Origin: Lytechinus pictus
Taxonomy: Eukaryota
Assembly (NCBI RefSeq): GCF_037042905.1
Contig: NC_087245.1
Location: 3,846,001 to 3,910,000 of the forward strand
Length of the DNA: 64,000 nucleotides
Reading direction: 5' to 3'
The notes below the pieces were generated by a model, which saw only the letters and a program-made list of their open reading frames with translations, made no database searches and was not told the DNA's origin. A program made the translations under genes and the position numbers. Below, one piece after another: positions 33,613-47,803 of this stretch. Position 1 is the first letter of the stretch. Each line of letters opens with the position of its first letter.

Positions 33613-36600
33613 TGGGGGGTTTTACCAACAGCTCTTTTGGTGAAGGATGTCTACAACTTTGTTCTTCTGTCTGTATTGTTGAAGGATGGAGAGATTCTCT
33701 AGAACACAGACAATGAAAGTTGGACTGTATGCTTTGTGATGTAAGATTTGTGAAAGTCACCATAAAGAGAACATGGGGAAGGACAATGTGATATCACTGT
33801 GTCATTAAAATGCATCTAACAGACAAGTACAGTGAATATTGTGCATTTTAGAGACCACTGTTTTGAGAGAACAGCTCCTGACTTCCCGTTACTAATCACA
33901 GAAACATTGTGTGATTAAGACAACATTACATGTTTCTTTAGTATCATACCATGTTAGGTATACAGGACTACTTGATTCAACGATCCCCTTTAAAACAGGC
34001 TCTCTTGATTATAAAATGGAATGATTATTTCTGAAGTTAGTTGGTGCTTTGGACAGCCTGACACTTCAGGTCACCTCTTACTTGGTAAACAGAAGTTTTT
34101 TGTCAGCAACAAGTGGATTAGTGAAGCTACAATGCTAATGCATCTTCTGTGGAGGGTGAATCACAGCTTCTTAGGACTGCATCTGGGAGGAGCATATCCG
34201 AGAATAACCAGCATTCAAGTCAGAAGAAATCGGTTGAATGAGAATGTTTCAAAATGACCAGAATTATTATCGAGTGTTGAGTTTGTTATCACCTTTCTAA
34301 CACAAACAGAGAGTTTGATCAGATTACCGGTAATAGATTTCTTCTCCTCCTACTTGAGACATCAATTGTGTTTTTGAAATCAACCAAATTAGCTGGGATG
34401 TAGAGAGCAGACTGTTGAATACAGAACCCAAGTTTAAATGAGGACCAGAGAAAGAACAAATTTGAGTCATGTGAAAGAAATCCATTAGAGGATAACGATA
34501 ACAGATAGTTTGAACTTGACATTTACAGTACACATGCACAATGGGATAAGTACAACAAATCCTTGACATTAAAAGTTATCAAAATAGCCTTTATTCTATT
34601 AAAGTAAGTGTTTAAGATAGATTATGATACAGGGTTAGATAAGTCTTTGAGATAGATGGTTCCTTGTTGTTAGGACAATGGTTTGTAAGATGAAGTCACC
34701 AAACTGGCTACCAGGAGATGAGGCAGCACCTTTGCCTCAATTGGTCAGAAGAAGAGCTCTTTATCATAAAACTCATCTATTCAGGAACCCAATTAGCATG
34801 ATACCTCAAATTGCAGACAAATAGGTCTTTAGGATGATATCTTCTGTTACCTTAGCTTTTCTTGTTTATGTAAGCAAATCAGGCAGTGCAAGGTAATTTC
34901 TCTATTATAGTGGATGGGTTAGTCCATTAGAATCAACCTTTGAATGGTACAATTAGTAAATGTAAACAATTTGAAAGCTCAAGTGTCATGTAAGAAATAG
35001 TTTAGCTTGAAGATCCTTCCAAACTTTTTCTTTGTAGTCAAAGTAGCGCCAACGGAATGGCAAGATTATCTCAGGTTTTCAAAATTTAGGAACGTAGCTC
35101 AATTATTACTCGGCGCTGTATTCATATCAACATTACTCGTCAAAGCATAGTGCAATTAGGAATATCAACCTAGAAATTCAACACCAATTTTGTTGAAATT
35201 GAGCATATTTGTCTAGAACTGCATCATGAAGTAAATCTGCTAGAAGAGATGGATTTCGGAAGCTAGTTTGTCATCTTATTTTTTGGTCCAGCTTGTATGT
35301 AAGCTGTGCCTTGAATTCAGAAATAATCAAAAACATTATCAGAAAAATTTGAATTTTTCTCTTGTTACAGATATAAATTGGATGGACAGAGAATGTGTTA
35401 TTCAACAGAATCTCAAATTGAAAACTGTCATCTGTAACTTTTTGCAGGGTGATTACAGTCACAGTTCATCATTCTCTTGTATATGAATCTTTTAAAGAGA
35501 GACTGAGAGAGTGTGTGTGAGAGAGAAAATTGATATATTTGTGAACAGCAACAGGTATATAATGAGTTATTGGATTGTCAAAGTGATCTCAGTCCAATAG
35601 CCTTGTTTTCAAGTTGGTGTTTTCAGATATATGAAATGATAGCATGTGTTGATAATAGAGACCTTGATATCTAAGCTGAGTTTGTACAGATCTAGGAGGA
35701 CAGTGAATGGATCAGCATGATCAGCTTGTATATTGGGAGATTTAAACAGTGTGTAGGAAATATAGAAACAAAACATAAATGTACTGTTTCATTCTATACA
35801 TAGAGTCTGTATATAACTGCGATGTGAATGACTTGTTCACCATGAAAATATTCATTTTGCCATTCTCAATGTAACATGCTGTACATACCGCTGCTTGTAA
35901 ATATAGTGTGTTGTAGCAAATCCATGCCCTATCCAGTCCATATAGTGTAATGTATCCCATGTATGAATCAATATTCAAAATGGCTATTTAGAATAACTGT
36001 ATGTATATAGCAATGTTGCACATTATGTTGTTCATGGCTGAAAAAAAAATGATTTGGGGGATATTGTGACTGAAGTACACAGAATGCAGGAATGATTGTT
36101 TAAACTCGTATATGAAATAAGAGCACCCATATTTGTTTTGTGTATACATTTGCAAATACATAATTTGATATAAGTGAATGTTTGTTGTTTATGACACCTT
36201 TTCATTTTCACTTAAATGCTGACATTCTTGTAAGGAAAGAAGATGATAAATTGCTAATCAGTAGGGGTTATGCACCAAACAGTATTGCATTGTTCACTCG
36301 AGTGATAAGAACTTTAAACAGGAACACATACAAGTCGGCTATGGGTAATTTTCATTAAAACACAGAGTCAAACAGGATGGTATGCTCTGATTGGAGAATA
36401 GGGACTTGTTGCATAAAGAATTCCAACTACATAACTTTGCAATAATGGTAACTACCGTGGATACCTTGATTATTAGCTGCTGAGCCCTGTTACTATGGTA
36501 GTTGCTGTAATAGCAAGATTACAACAGTTTAAGTCCTTTTATATCTGATGGGTATGCAAGAAGACAGCTGGGTGCAAGCAGTAAGCATCCTTTTTATGTG

Positions 36601-39600
36601 TAGCGCATCGCTTTTTAAAATTAAAATTACTGTAGGTTTTTTAAAGAAAAATGTTTTTTCCACAAACTTGTATCAGGTACAGGTTTTTCTTGGAGAAAAG
36701 TCGAACATTCTGTTTGGAACTGAATCTTGACTGAACTTATGCAAATGTTTCGGGTTCAACAATAGTTTTTTTTTTCGTAATGTTTAATGAAAAACTCACT
36801 TGTTATGAAACAACTGTCCAGTTCTCCTAGCAACTCTGTAAATCATGTTAAAGTAGAATTACTATATATTGATGTAGTTAATAGAATTGCTCATCAAATC
36901 ATGACTAAATTGTTTATTGCAATAGCGAGTATCCATTGTGATGATTTAATCATGTTTGAGATGAGTAAACTTGCTAGTACTGCAGTTTTGTGTGATTGAA
37001 AAAATTAAAGAGGAGAACAATTCATCTACCCTTGTTCCTGCTTATCTTCTATATCTGTCTTTCATCCTTATAATTTTTTTCCTGTTTCTTTGTCAATTTC
37101 TCAAACCCTCTTCTTTCTATCTATCTTATTTTCAGTGTAGTCATTCTAATCTTGCACCAAGAAACACTGATATAATGATAATAATCCGCTTTTAATATAT
37201 CGGAACGACGTCTCTAAGCGCCTTACAGATAATGAATTATTATGAAACACAAATTTTAAATGTCATTTCTTTGGGGAGTATTCATACAATTTTTCATCAA
37301 CAGTAATCTTCCCCCAATATCTATCTTTGTCTTTGCTAAGTGCATTGTGCATTTTGACTCCTAGAGGTCACAGTTTCAACTTTTTTTTGCTTCTACAAGG
37401 CAATATGAAATCAGTATAAACAAAGTTATAGTGCTTCTAGCAGATATCTTTTCAAAACTCATTTTTTTTAGGTGCATTTGTAATAGAATTCTCAGTAATC
37501 ACAAAGACAAAAATTGTATGAACACATTGTTGAGTGACAAGCCTTTCAAAACATTGTACCTGGTCTGTAACTTGGTTTGAATGGCATCTCTATTCTATTA
37601 CTCTCTCCCATCTCTTCTCTCCTCCCACCTCATATCTCTTTCTTTTTCTCCCTCTGTCTATCCTCTAGCTTTCTATCTTCTTTTTCTTTCAGTTTATTTC
37701 ACAATCTATCATATTTTACAGTTATGTAATAACTTGCCCTACAATGTTAAATCTCTGTATCTTGTTCACCTTGCAAACAAAAAATTGATGCTCTATTCAT
37801 ACAATGGTAGTAAATATGTTCTGATTTCTGTATCATGTTCAGTTTTTGTAATTTTGTGAATTCATCATGTGTTAGGTTTATAAGATATGTGTATGTGATT
37901 CTTGTATCTGCTCACAACAGCATTTTTTTACTGCTGTTCAAAGTTCACCTGCAGAAGGGCATAAAAGTACTCCAAACATCAATTTACAACTGTTTGTTTA
38001 TCACTGGATAGTGTATTTTCAAAGTCTAGGTGGTGTAATGAAGTATATGATATGTCTTGATTCATGACAAATTTCAATTTTCTTTATTTTTTTCAAATAC
38101 AGCCTTGTCCCAAATTGAGCACTGCCAAGTGGCTATTAATTTCAGTCATTAAACTACAGGTACATACGTTTTGGCCCAAACTGAAGACCATTTTATGGTT
38201 ACTAAAAAGTGCCAATAAAGCACTCTTTGCTCAATTGTGATGTTATATTTATCATTTATTTTTTTATATGCCCTTGTGTAGGAGAACATATTGATCCAGT
38301 ATTAATCACAATGCTCTTGTGAGTGAAGACTTCTAAAACTTCATGTGAATATTATATGTGAAGTATTTATCGACTATTGAAGGTAAATGCTATCTGATTT
38401 TATTTCTGTCCTCTTCCTTGTGATAATGATGCTGCATGTGAACCTCGTTCAATGAGAAGGTGAATTTAAAGACAGAAGTGAGACAAATTTATCTCTCTAT
38501 ATTTTACAAAATGTTATTTTTTTATACATTTTTCTGATGTGGACTGGGCGATTCTCCTTACAAACATCAACGGCTGCATTGATTAAGTGTATTAGGTTGG
38601 TTTTTCTCTTAGAGTTCAATCAACCATTATAAACGTGTGTGTCCAAATTTAGTTTTAATCAATGATGATATATAAGCACTGTGCTGCTACATTGAATGTC
38701 TACCACTAGAAAGAACCAATGGAAACCATAAGATACTTCATGACTATTCTAAATCTCTTGTAAAATTTAGACAATGAGAGAGCTACAGCCTTTATTTGAT
38801 AAAATTCTGTATATTTTGTGTTATGTTTTTGATGCTTATACTTTGAGAGATATTTTGTGATGAATGATCTCCTGTTGTTTAAATCATATTTGGATTATTG
38901 ATGATTTTGAATTGATTTGTAATGATTAATGATATGTGTGTATGTAGCCTATTCCATCTGTCTCTGGTTTTCATCTCACTGGCAAAAAAGGATGTAAATA
39001 TACCCCTAAAAGAAGAGAATCACTCACTTCATCACTTAACACAGTAGGGGACAACCAGTTGTTCTGGTTTGGATTGATAAGAATTATACCAAACATCATC
39101 ATTAAATAATATGAAAGATTTAGTGGACCTGCTGCCTCCGTACATGTAGGTGCGTATGTTGATTAGTCTATTGATATTTTTATTCAAATAAAAGCAGAAT
39201 TGAGTTTCTGTAAAAGGGGAATGCCATGTTAATTGATTATTCCCTAATATATTCTTGTGTTTTTAATAATGGTATTTTAATAGTGGTATTTACTATAAAT
39301 GATCCCCAGATCTCAATGTCAAAAGTCTGTGAAATGTGAAAACCCTGAAGACCAGAAAGTATTTTATGTTAACCAGAGAGCAGCTGTATTATTGTTAATG
39401 ATGAGAGGGCTAAATTGTAATGAAAATGAACTACGCAGCTGTTATACCAGAGCTATGCATTGGCAGTAGAGCTCTTAAGAAACAATAAATTGCTTGTTTT
39501 GCCTTTGTTTCGGTGAGAGAGATATTACAGAAAATTTTAGCGAAACAACAGATTTACTATTATAGATTTCTTCATGTGTAGTGTATTTTTTAATTTCAGG

Positions 39601-42150
39601 ATATTTAATAATGAAATGCTGTATAAAGGATAAGGGAGTATTTTTAATGTTGAGAATGACCTTATTTGGTTCCCTTTTCTCTATGTGAATTACCCAAGTG
39701 GCCAATTTTTTTTCTTTCTCTTTTTTAATTGAAGTGACAAAAATGTATATTATTGTTTTTTGTATTTTTGGGTCTGTTCCTAATGCTCTGGCATAGGTTT
39801 AATTTCATCCTGAAGTTAATTTGTAATTATGTGCATGTCTGCGTGTGTGTGAGGTTGAGAGTGTGTTAAGGGATGAAATACAAAGGCTGTTATTTGAATT
39901 GCTGTCTGTATTCAATGACAAGGAAGGTCATCTTTGTTTAGCTTCTTGATGCATGATCTTTATTATCTTATGATTTTTTCATGGTTTCAGAGATGCTCTC
40001 TTTATCATATACTGTTCCACATAACTGTTCTACAATGTATGTAATATGATATTGTTTTCATCTGAAAGAGGTTGATTTAAACAATAAAAATAAAGCAGAA
40101 TAATTATTACCTGGTTCTGTAAAAACAAAACAAAAACCCCCAAGATTTTACTACATGTATGTACAAGGAATTCAATGACAGCAACCCTCATTTTTGTGAT
40201 AATGATGATATTCAGATCAATGGAGCACTAGTTTCAAAGTGCTTTTATACAAAGTTACTTGCAATTTGTAAGTGTATTAGAGACTCAAGAATCTCCTGGG
40301 AGTCGTGGATATCACATTTTCACCAAGAGAGGCATCACACGCACCTATGGGAACAGTCGTGAATACATTTTATGATATTGAGAGGCTATAGCTTGTGACT
40401 TATACTTTGTATATATGTCTGATAGCTGCATATCAGATATTCTTTTCGCATTTACTGTCCATTGATTTCATTGTCGTATAGGTGTTTATGTATTTCACTT
40501 AATATGTAAGCACACATGCACATGATAACTGCTGTATTTTGATCCATGCATCACCCTCTCGTTAATCGTATGTTATTAGATAGAGAGGGAGTGAATAAGG
40601 AAGAATATCTGTGCCATATTATAGGTTGTGTACATGTACTAGAAATATATATATATAATGATACCAAATCAAATTGCATAGTTGTTAGTATGTTTATGTG
40701 GATCTCTGGTATTGAAAAGGGACTCCTGTATGGCCTTTTAACATGGGGCAGGAGTACAGGATTTAGAATTTGTGAGTTGCAAAGAATAACGTGTATTCAT
40801 GTATCAAATGTACAAAGAATGATTGACTTTCATTTTAGATAGCCTTTTCTGTTAAATGTGTATGACTCTAATATCTTAGCACTGTGGACACTTCTCAGAA
40901 TATAAACTGGCTTTAGAACGTTTGAGTGGTAGCATACATTATTGAAACAATGTCAATCAGTATACTGCATTTGTTGTTAACCTGTACATACATTCTGTGA
41001 ACTGGTACCTTTCATTACCTCTCTATATGTAAAAAAAATGACAAAGCTGTCAATTTTTTTTTAAATAAAGCATCAATGAAAATGAGAACAGGATCATGAG
41101 AGTTTGGACTTATTTTGCTCCTACAGAAGAGTGAAGATTTTATAAGACAAAATGTGATCACTAGAACACAATTGACAACTCCTGTCATGGTGTGCAAACT
41201 CACCCTCCATTGTATTTTGTGCCACATTCTTTTTTAAATAAAATTTTACTATCAGTAGCGAACTGTAGGAGAATATTAAAAGATTTTTGAATTCTTAATT
41301 ATAGATTCTGTTTTTAAATGTTTTTTTTTAGATTATCTGAAGTTTAGGTGATCAAACAGAAATATGTTTGCATGATTCATCATAAAGCTTTTCAGTTTTG
41401 AACGATTAATCACCATATAAGAATTTATAAGTTTTCAATTAGATATATATATATATTACTAGCTGAAAAGTATTCTTTTTGGCTGAAGTGAGTTTTCTTT
41501 GAATGAATAAATCCAATTAATAATCAATTAAATCCTTCAGAAATATGTTCAGACTCTCACTATCATGTTCCTCTCATTTTCTTTTTTTTTTCAAATTAAA
41601 ATATTTTTTTCAGGATGGACTTCATATTTAAGCAGATGATGTAAATCAAGCAAGGGAAAAAGTGTGAAAATATTTGATGCAGTGGGTTTTCATCATTAAA
41701 TAATGCAATCTAAATTCTAATGGGCATTTTAGTTCAGGAATGTTCAACATTTTCAGCTTGATTTTTAAGTATAGGTGTTCATGTTGTTTACTTTTATTTA
41801 GGTCCCAGAAGCCTTTTTTTTTTTTTATGTTATTCGTTGTTGGAGTATAGATATACATTCAGCTTTTTATTAAAATGTAGTTTCATTTTATCATGATTTT
41901 TACGAAAACTTATTAAAAAAAGCATTAGAGCGTAAATGTAAGCTCATGCTTTGGTTACCATTGTCACTGTTGTCATTAAATGTGTCATTGTTGTTTGTGT
42001 GTTTGGCACATTGTGTAAACACTATGTATTTTTGTATCCTGTTTATCGCTGTGTGTTGCAATGGTATCGTCCAATAAATGATTCACTCATGTTACAAATT
42101 ATTTCTGTTTTGTATTATTTTATTCAAATATCATATTGTGATTGAAAATT
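33613..42150 (+). other. Probable long 3' UTR of alk4/5/7
   Basis: Almost no recognisable transposons, unlike the flanking introns. AATAAA at 38214, 40083 and 42073, and repeats resume at ~42280. The true end is not determinable from sequence. Confidence 0.5.
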
Positions 42151-42277
42151 GCTTTACAGTGTCAAAGACTTACGAGATTGCATACAAACACACACACATC
42201 CACACCCCCCCCCCCCCCACACACATAACTCTTATTTTTTCATCATGTAATTTAGATCCGTCTCCATGACCATCTAC

Positions 42278-42663
42278 GGTAAATTGCCATTTCGTCTACA
42301 GCCAACTTGTCCACTCACCACATGGTCTACTTTCATTTAGTCTAATGCCATTTTGTCCATCAACTTTTCGTCTAACAACCATTTGGTCCAATAATCACTT
42401 TGTCTAATCACCATTTCTTGTCATAACCAGTTGGTCTAATATCCATTTCATTTTCATTCATTTTGCACAATTAACACTTAGTCCTATTAGACCAAATGGT
42501 ATATGGACTAAATGGCTATTGGACCAACTGGTTATTAGACGGAATGGCATTGGACTTAATGAAAGTAGACCATGTGGTGAGTGGACGAACTGATGGTAGA
42601 ACAATTGATAGTAGACAAGTTGGCAATTGGAAGAATTGGCATTAGACGAATTGGAAATAAACC
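42278..42663. mobile_element. Palindromic MITE with GGT...ACC ends and 6-bp TSD
   Basis: atctac|GGTAAATTGCCATTTCGTCTA...TAGACGAATTGGAAATAAACC|atctac, with short internal subrepeats in inverted orientation. A diverged relative starts near 29518. Confidence 0.75.
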
Positions 42664-43069
42664 ATCTACCGGGGTTGGGTCAGATACTGCCCCCTTTTTC
42701 TTGTAATTGGAAGAATGAAGAAATAGGAGAAGAATGGTGTGGACTGTGTTACTGTATAATACCTCTAAAAAAATAATAATAATAAAAAATTAAAAATCAT
42801 GTCACCATTTGTTAGTTAACCCCCCCCCCACCCCCTTTTGCTGTTCCTGATGACTACTTACTTTTGATCACTGTGAGCCCTAAAATCTGAAATTCAAACT
42901 TGCCCCTTGCATAGAATGTCAATGGCCATTCTAGCATCAATGGCAGTAGCCAATCAAACTCAATGATAAGAGTAAGCCTAAAATATAACAGGTTTCATAC
43001 CCCCCCCCCCCCCACAACAACAGCAAAAAAACCACAACAACTACAACAGCAAAAAAGCCAAAACCCGTA

Positions 43070-43677
43070 AACTAGTTTTGATATAGCGTCATCTGTGTTA
43101 TATACACGAACATTCGAAATGGATTTTGGTGCAAAGAAAAGGGGAGGCTACGCTCCTAGCCTATAGCCAGCTGTAGAGGTGAATGACACCCACCCCCTGA
43201 ACAATGGATGCGCCGTATTGACTTCGCTGGCCTAGAGGATAATTTGGGGCGGTTGTTGATTGTTTATCTCTCGTAAACCACCTTGTTTTATTCCACGTGC
43301 TTTTCCGTTGCTATTCCGGAGTAAATGATGGAGTCACTTGTTACCGATCTACGGAAATATTTCATATTTTAGCAGTGATTTTGGTTTGTAGGTCTCGTAT
43401 CTTCTTTTCTTGGACCTAGTCCTAAATCCCAATCGACTGGCATCTTCCCTTGAAATTTTCTGTGGGGTGTTGGTCCGAATGGTGGTATCCTAGCTTCGGC
43501 GCAGCCCGGCGCCCGCAGCTGCAGGGGCTGTTTAGGGTCTGCGATCAGTGCATTGTGCCCGGTTTTGTGCTTTACTGACTGGATGATTTCAATGTATTGT
43601 AGAGGCTAAAACGCTGCTGGATTGCATTCAACAAAGGACACTTGCAGATTGAGTCAGGAAATTTATTTTAAAGGAAA
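43070..43677 (+). promoter_or_regulatory. CpG-enriched putative promoter/5' UTR of the downstream gene
   Basis: Local rise in GC and CpG in non-repeat DNA (e.g. cttcggcgcagcccggcgcccgcagc at ~43495-43520), ending at an ATG-containing segment and a donor site. Confidence 0.5.
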
Positions 43678-43718
43678 ATGCCGCTTTCTTTTGAAAGACG
43701 TTGGAGCTTGGATAGAAG
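43678..43718 (+). CDS. Putative first coding exon of an unidentified downstream gene (MPLSFERRWSLDR...)
   Basis: aaaATGccg with A at -3, 13 open codons plus AG, then AG|GTAATT donor. No downstream exon could be confirmed. Confidence 0.4.
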
Positions 43719-44469
43719 GTAATTTCTTCAATTATATTTTTATGTGTGTTTGCAGAACTTGAACTTGAAGGCTAGAAAGTGTAGCCAGGAGGATAGAGTA
43801 TAAAAACTAGACTCTTTTTTTCTCTATCTCTTGCAAAAATCTACCCTGATTGGATTGTAATTTTTTTTAAATTGAAATTGATAGATTCATACCCCCGAGA
43901 AGCATTTATTAATCTTTTTAATGATAATAATCTTGATATAAATGAATTATCTTGATAATCTGTGCACTTATTATTACTGGTATTTTGTGAATGAACAGGT
44001 GGTGGCACTGTGGAACTGTTTTTAAAATGACCTTTGACTTGTCTGGTAATGTTTATTAATAAGATTATATTGAGAAATACATGTAAGACACAAATAATGC
44101 CATAAAATAATTTTGTTTCTCATTTGTTTCTCAATAAAGAGAATAAAATTCAAGCTTAGTATTAATTACATGTAGCTTCATGACCTCTGGCTAAATATGC
44201 AATTTATGAGACCCCCCTTACACACAAAATACCTCTGTTGAATTTTCACTTAATTTAAACTAAGTTATTAAGATTAATTTGTTGATTAAACTACTGCACG
44301 GTGATGCCTATATGATGAATGGTAGGCTACATTGAATACAAAATTGTTTATGAAAAAAAAAAAACTGAGCATGACATTAGGTGGCCTGTCTACATACCTG
44401 GGGTTGGTAGCATACATTTTCAACAGTAATAATACTTACTGCCCAAGTACAGTTCTGAAGATAAAGATA

Positions 44470-44933
44470 GAGGCCGTTCTTATTACGCTTTCTAAAACTA
44501 GTTTACTGGAAACCGATTCAGGAAACCACTTTGGAAGATCGCTTTGCTAGCGTTCCCACTTGATCACACGAAAGTGGTTTTCAAAATCACTTCACGTAAA
44601 GCGCTCTTGTTGCTATGGAAACGCTCTCAGTGGGGTGACACGTTTCGCGCGAAATTCGAAACCGCAGCATAGGCATTCTACACCTGTCGTGTGGAGTGGC
44701 GCACTAAAAATGTGCGAAGATCGCTTCCCGAAGAACGGTTGTGTCCTCACTTACGCTAAAACCAGTTTAACGAGGCAAAGCGATCTTGAAAACTACATCG
44801 CGAGGTGGTTTTCCAAACTGGTTTGGAAGATCGCTTCCAAGACCGCTTTGACCGTTCTCACTACGCGTTAAACTAGTTTCCACTAAACTAGTTTCCAGTA
44901 AACTAGTTTTAGGAACGTAGTGAGAACAGCCTC
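44470..44933. mobile_element. PIF/Harbinger-like MITE with 3-bp TSD
   Basis: ata|GAGGCCGTTCT...AGAACAGCCTC|ata. A diverged left half lies at ~7678-7903. Confidence 0.8.
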
Positions 44934-44989
44934 ATAGAGAGTGAGAGTTGGGAAGAAAATGACAAATTTTGACGCATAATGAAGAAAAC

Positions 44990-45381
44990 CTGGTTTATTA
45001 TTCATTTTTTAAACGAGAGTTTAAATGCATTTGAATTTTAAGCTGTAGTTTTCTTCATGTTTTAATAGTGTATTAATGGAAACCATCAATTTAGGAGCAA
45101 CTGCTTTGGTTTCCAACTGTAATGTTACAATATTTTCTTTATTTGATCCAACGAGCTTTCATAGTTCATGTAATGTATGAACGGCTGGTTTATTATTCAT
45201 TTTTTAAACGAGAGTTTAAATGCATTTGAATTTTAAGCTGTAGTTTTCTTCATGTTTTAATAGTGTATTAATGGAAACCATCAATTTAGGAGCAACTGCT
45301 TTGGTTTCCAACTGTTATGTTACAATATTTTTTTTATTTGATCCAACGAGCTTTCATAGTTCATGTAATGTATGAACGGCT
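44990..45381 (+). repeat. Tandem duplication, ~195 bp x2
   Basis: ctggtttattattcattttttaaacgagag...aatgtatgaa(a)cgg is repeated almost identically. Confidence 0.9.
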
Positions 45382-47641
45382 CTCTCTTTATGTGTAGGCT
45401 ACCTCCTACGTTATTATTCAATAAATGTAAGATTGGATCTCAAGTTTCCCCATTGCTTGTACAAGGTTGAGCCAATCCTTGCATGAAGTCGGAAGGAAAG
45501 CCAAAGAGGATGATAGAAGGGGAAAAATGGAGCACAAAATGTACTTGGTAATGAAGAGCATTGGTCTATAAGATGAGTCATCTCTGTAATAAGGAGGAGG
45601 AAAAGCTGTCATGGCATGTTCGATTTAAAGCCAGTGGCATGGACTTGGACACGTGTATGTTTTAGACATATGTTTAAAAGGAGTATAATTTACAGTTTGC
45701 CTGTTGAAGTTTTTCATTATTTTTGTACCTACTCAATATGTATTTTGTTGTTAAGTTACCCCAATAAAATATGATTTAGACTAATGATCAGTATTACAAA
45801 TATGTGAAAATATTGAATTGAGATCCATTGATCATGCCAATACAAAAGCCTTTGGACTATGAAGTATGATTAAATCTAATCTTTTACATGTTTTAATTTA
45901 TTCAGTTGCATATACTTGCTGATGCTGTATTACTTTTATCATGTGAAAGGGAAAAGGCGAAGAAATAATTTAATATCATTACATAATTTAATGAAAATTT
46001 ACTCAGAAGAACATCAGCTGTACAAGAAGAGCTTCTTGTACACGCAATGTTCCATGTGAATGCAATTGTAAAATTGACTCTGCTTCAAAGCAGATCAATT
46101 GAAATTGAATTCCTTGGAGTCAGATTGATTTTGTACAATCTTGTACAAGGATAATATCAGCAGGATAGAGGAGATATTGCTTGAATATGAAACTTGCCTT
46201 AGGGTAAATCAAATAAAATTTTGGGGAAATGAAAATTTGTGTAAGAAAGATGGCCTGGGATCTTAAAGGTTCCCTCATAATTAGCTCAAATATTCCTATG
46301 AAATAAAGCAATATTTAGCCTGTATAAATTCCTCTTATTCTTATGATAAGGTTAAGAAGTTAGGAATTGTCAGCTTCAATTATTATATTCTTTGCTTAGA
46401 TTTAACAGTGGATAGTGTTTTCTCTCTTCTATCTTGTACAATACAGTACTTACAGTTTTTTTGTTGGAAGTCATATCCATTGAAGTGGATTAATGTACAA
46501 ATGTATCTATGTATTTATCTGGTGCAGGAATATATTCTTTCTAACTGAAACAGAGTAAAACAATTACTGAACTTGTCTCTTGATTAATTTAGTCTGTTTT
46601 GAAGCAATTGTTCATAGAATACCCCTAAGTTGGAATCAGTTCGAACCCAACTGCAAAAATTTAATTGTGTGATTATGGAAATCATATCTATGATGCAGAT
46701 CCATTCTACATATAACTTTCCAAAATGAAGAAAAGATCAGCTTGCATAATGATCATTTGCTCTACACAATTTGGTTTGTAAATCATGAAGTAGAAGTTTG
46801 AAAGCCAAGGCTAGTACCGTATTTGTTGTCAGCCTTGTGTGGAAGTTCATTGGCCTAGTCTTGTTAAGATCCTACAAATCTTCACGGACTTACTCCCTCA
46901 TCTGGAAGTTGTTGTGAGTAAATTAGGAAGTAATGGGGCAGGGAAACTGTCACAGATGTTGCTGAAACAAATTTGACCAAATCTTGTAGAGCCCTGGGGT
47001 GGAGAAGGGATGATTAGAAGTTTGGGAGTGAAGGTACATGACACGGCATTTTGTTGAGTGTCTTGTACCTTCCAAGACATTAACAGGAAACTTTGAATTG
47101 TCCTGACAAGTTTGATAAAGATATGCAGAGTAAATGCTTGGATGATCGTGCAACTTAAATTCTCACTATTTTCCCACCATTTTCCAGTAAATCTTAAAGA
47201 GCAAATCCACCCAAACAAAAACTTTATTTGAATGAAAAAAAGAAATATCAAACAAACACAATACTGATAATATTATCAAACTCTGACTTAAAACTTATAA
47301 TTAAAGGAAGGTAATTTGTGGCAGTTTTAAAGATTTGCTTTATGTCACAAAACAGTTATGCACATCCTGGACAGACAGTATACAGTATGCAAATGAAGTA
47401 ACCAATGATAGTCACTAAATTTTTTGTACTTTATAATTTGAAAAGTGAAATGTCAAATTTTCCTCATGATAATGTGATACAAGGAGGAATAGACATTGTT
47501 ACAACCTACTGTTATATGTTTTTAATGCTGATATTTATCTGTAGTGTGCTGTATCCTGTCCTATTTAGGCCTATTAAGAGATGTGAAGTAACGATTGAAT
47601 TGAATGAAAATGATTACTTATTTCCAAATCTGGTAATATTG

Positions 47642-47803
47642 CAGGGGCCACGGAAATGGGGGGGGGGGGGGGGCTGCACTTTTTCCAAAACCATGTACAA
47701 AAACATAAAAATGACCATCTGATCATGATTTATTGCATGGTTAGCCCCCCACTTTTGGTTCAGCCTCCCCCCCCCCATTTTCAAATCTGTTTCATGGCCC
47801 CTG
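47642..47803. mobile_element. Small hAT-like MITE with 5-bp TSD
   Basis: tattg|CAGGGGCCACGGAA...TTCATGGCCCCTG|tattg with internal poly-G and poly-C. It lies inside a decayed Kolobok-like element (~47300-48058). Confidence 0.7.
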
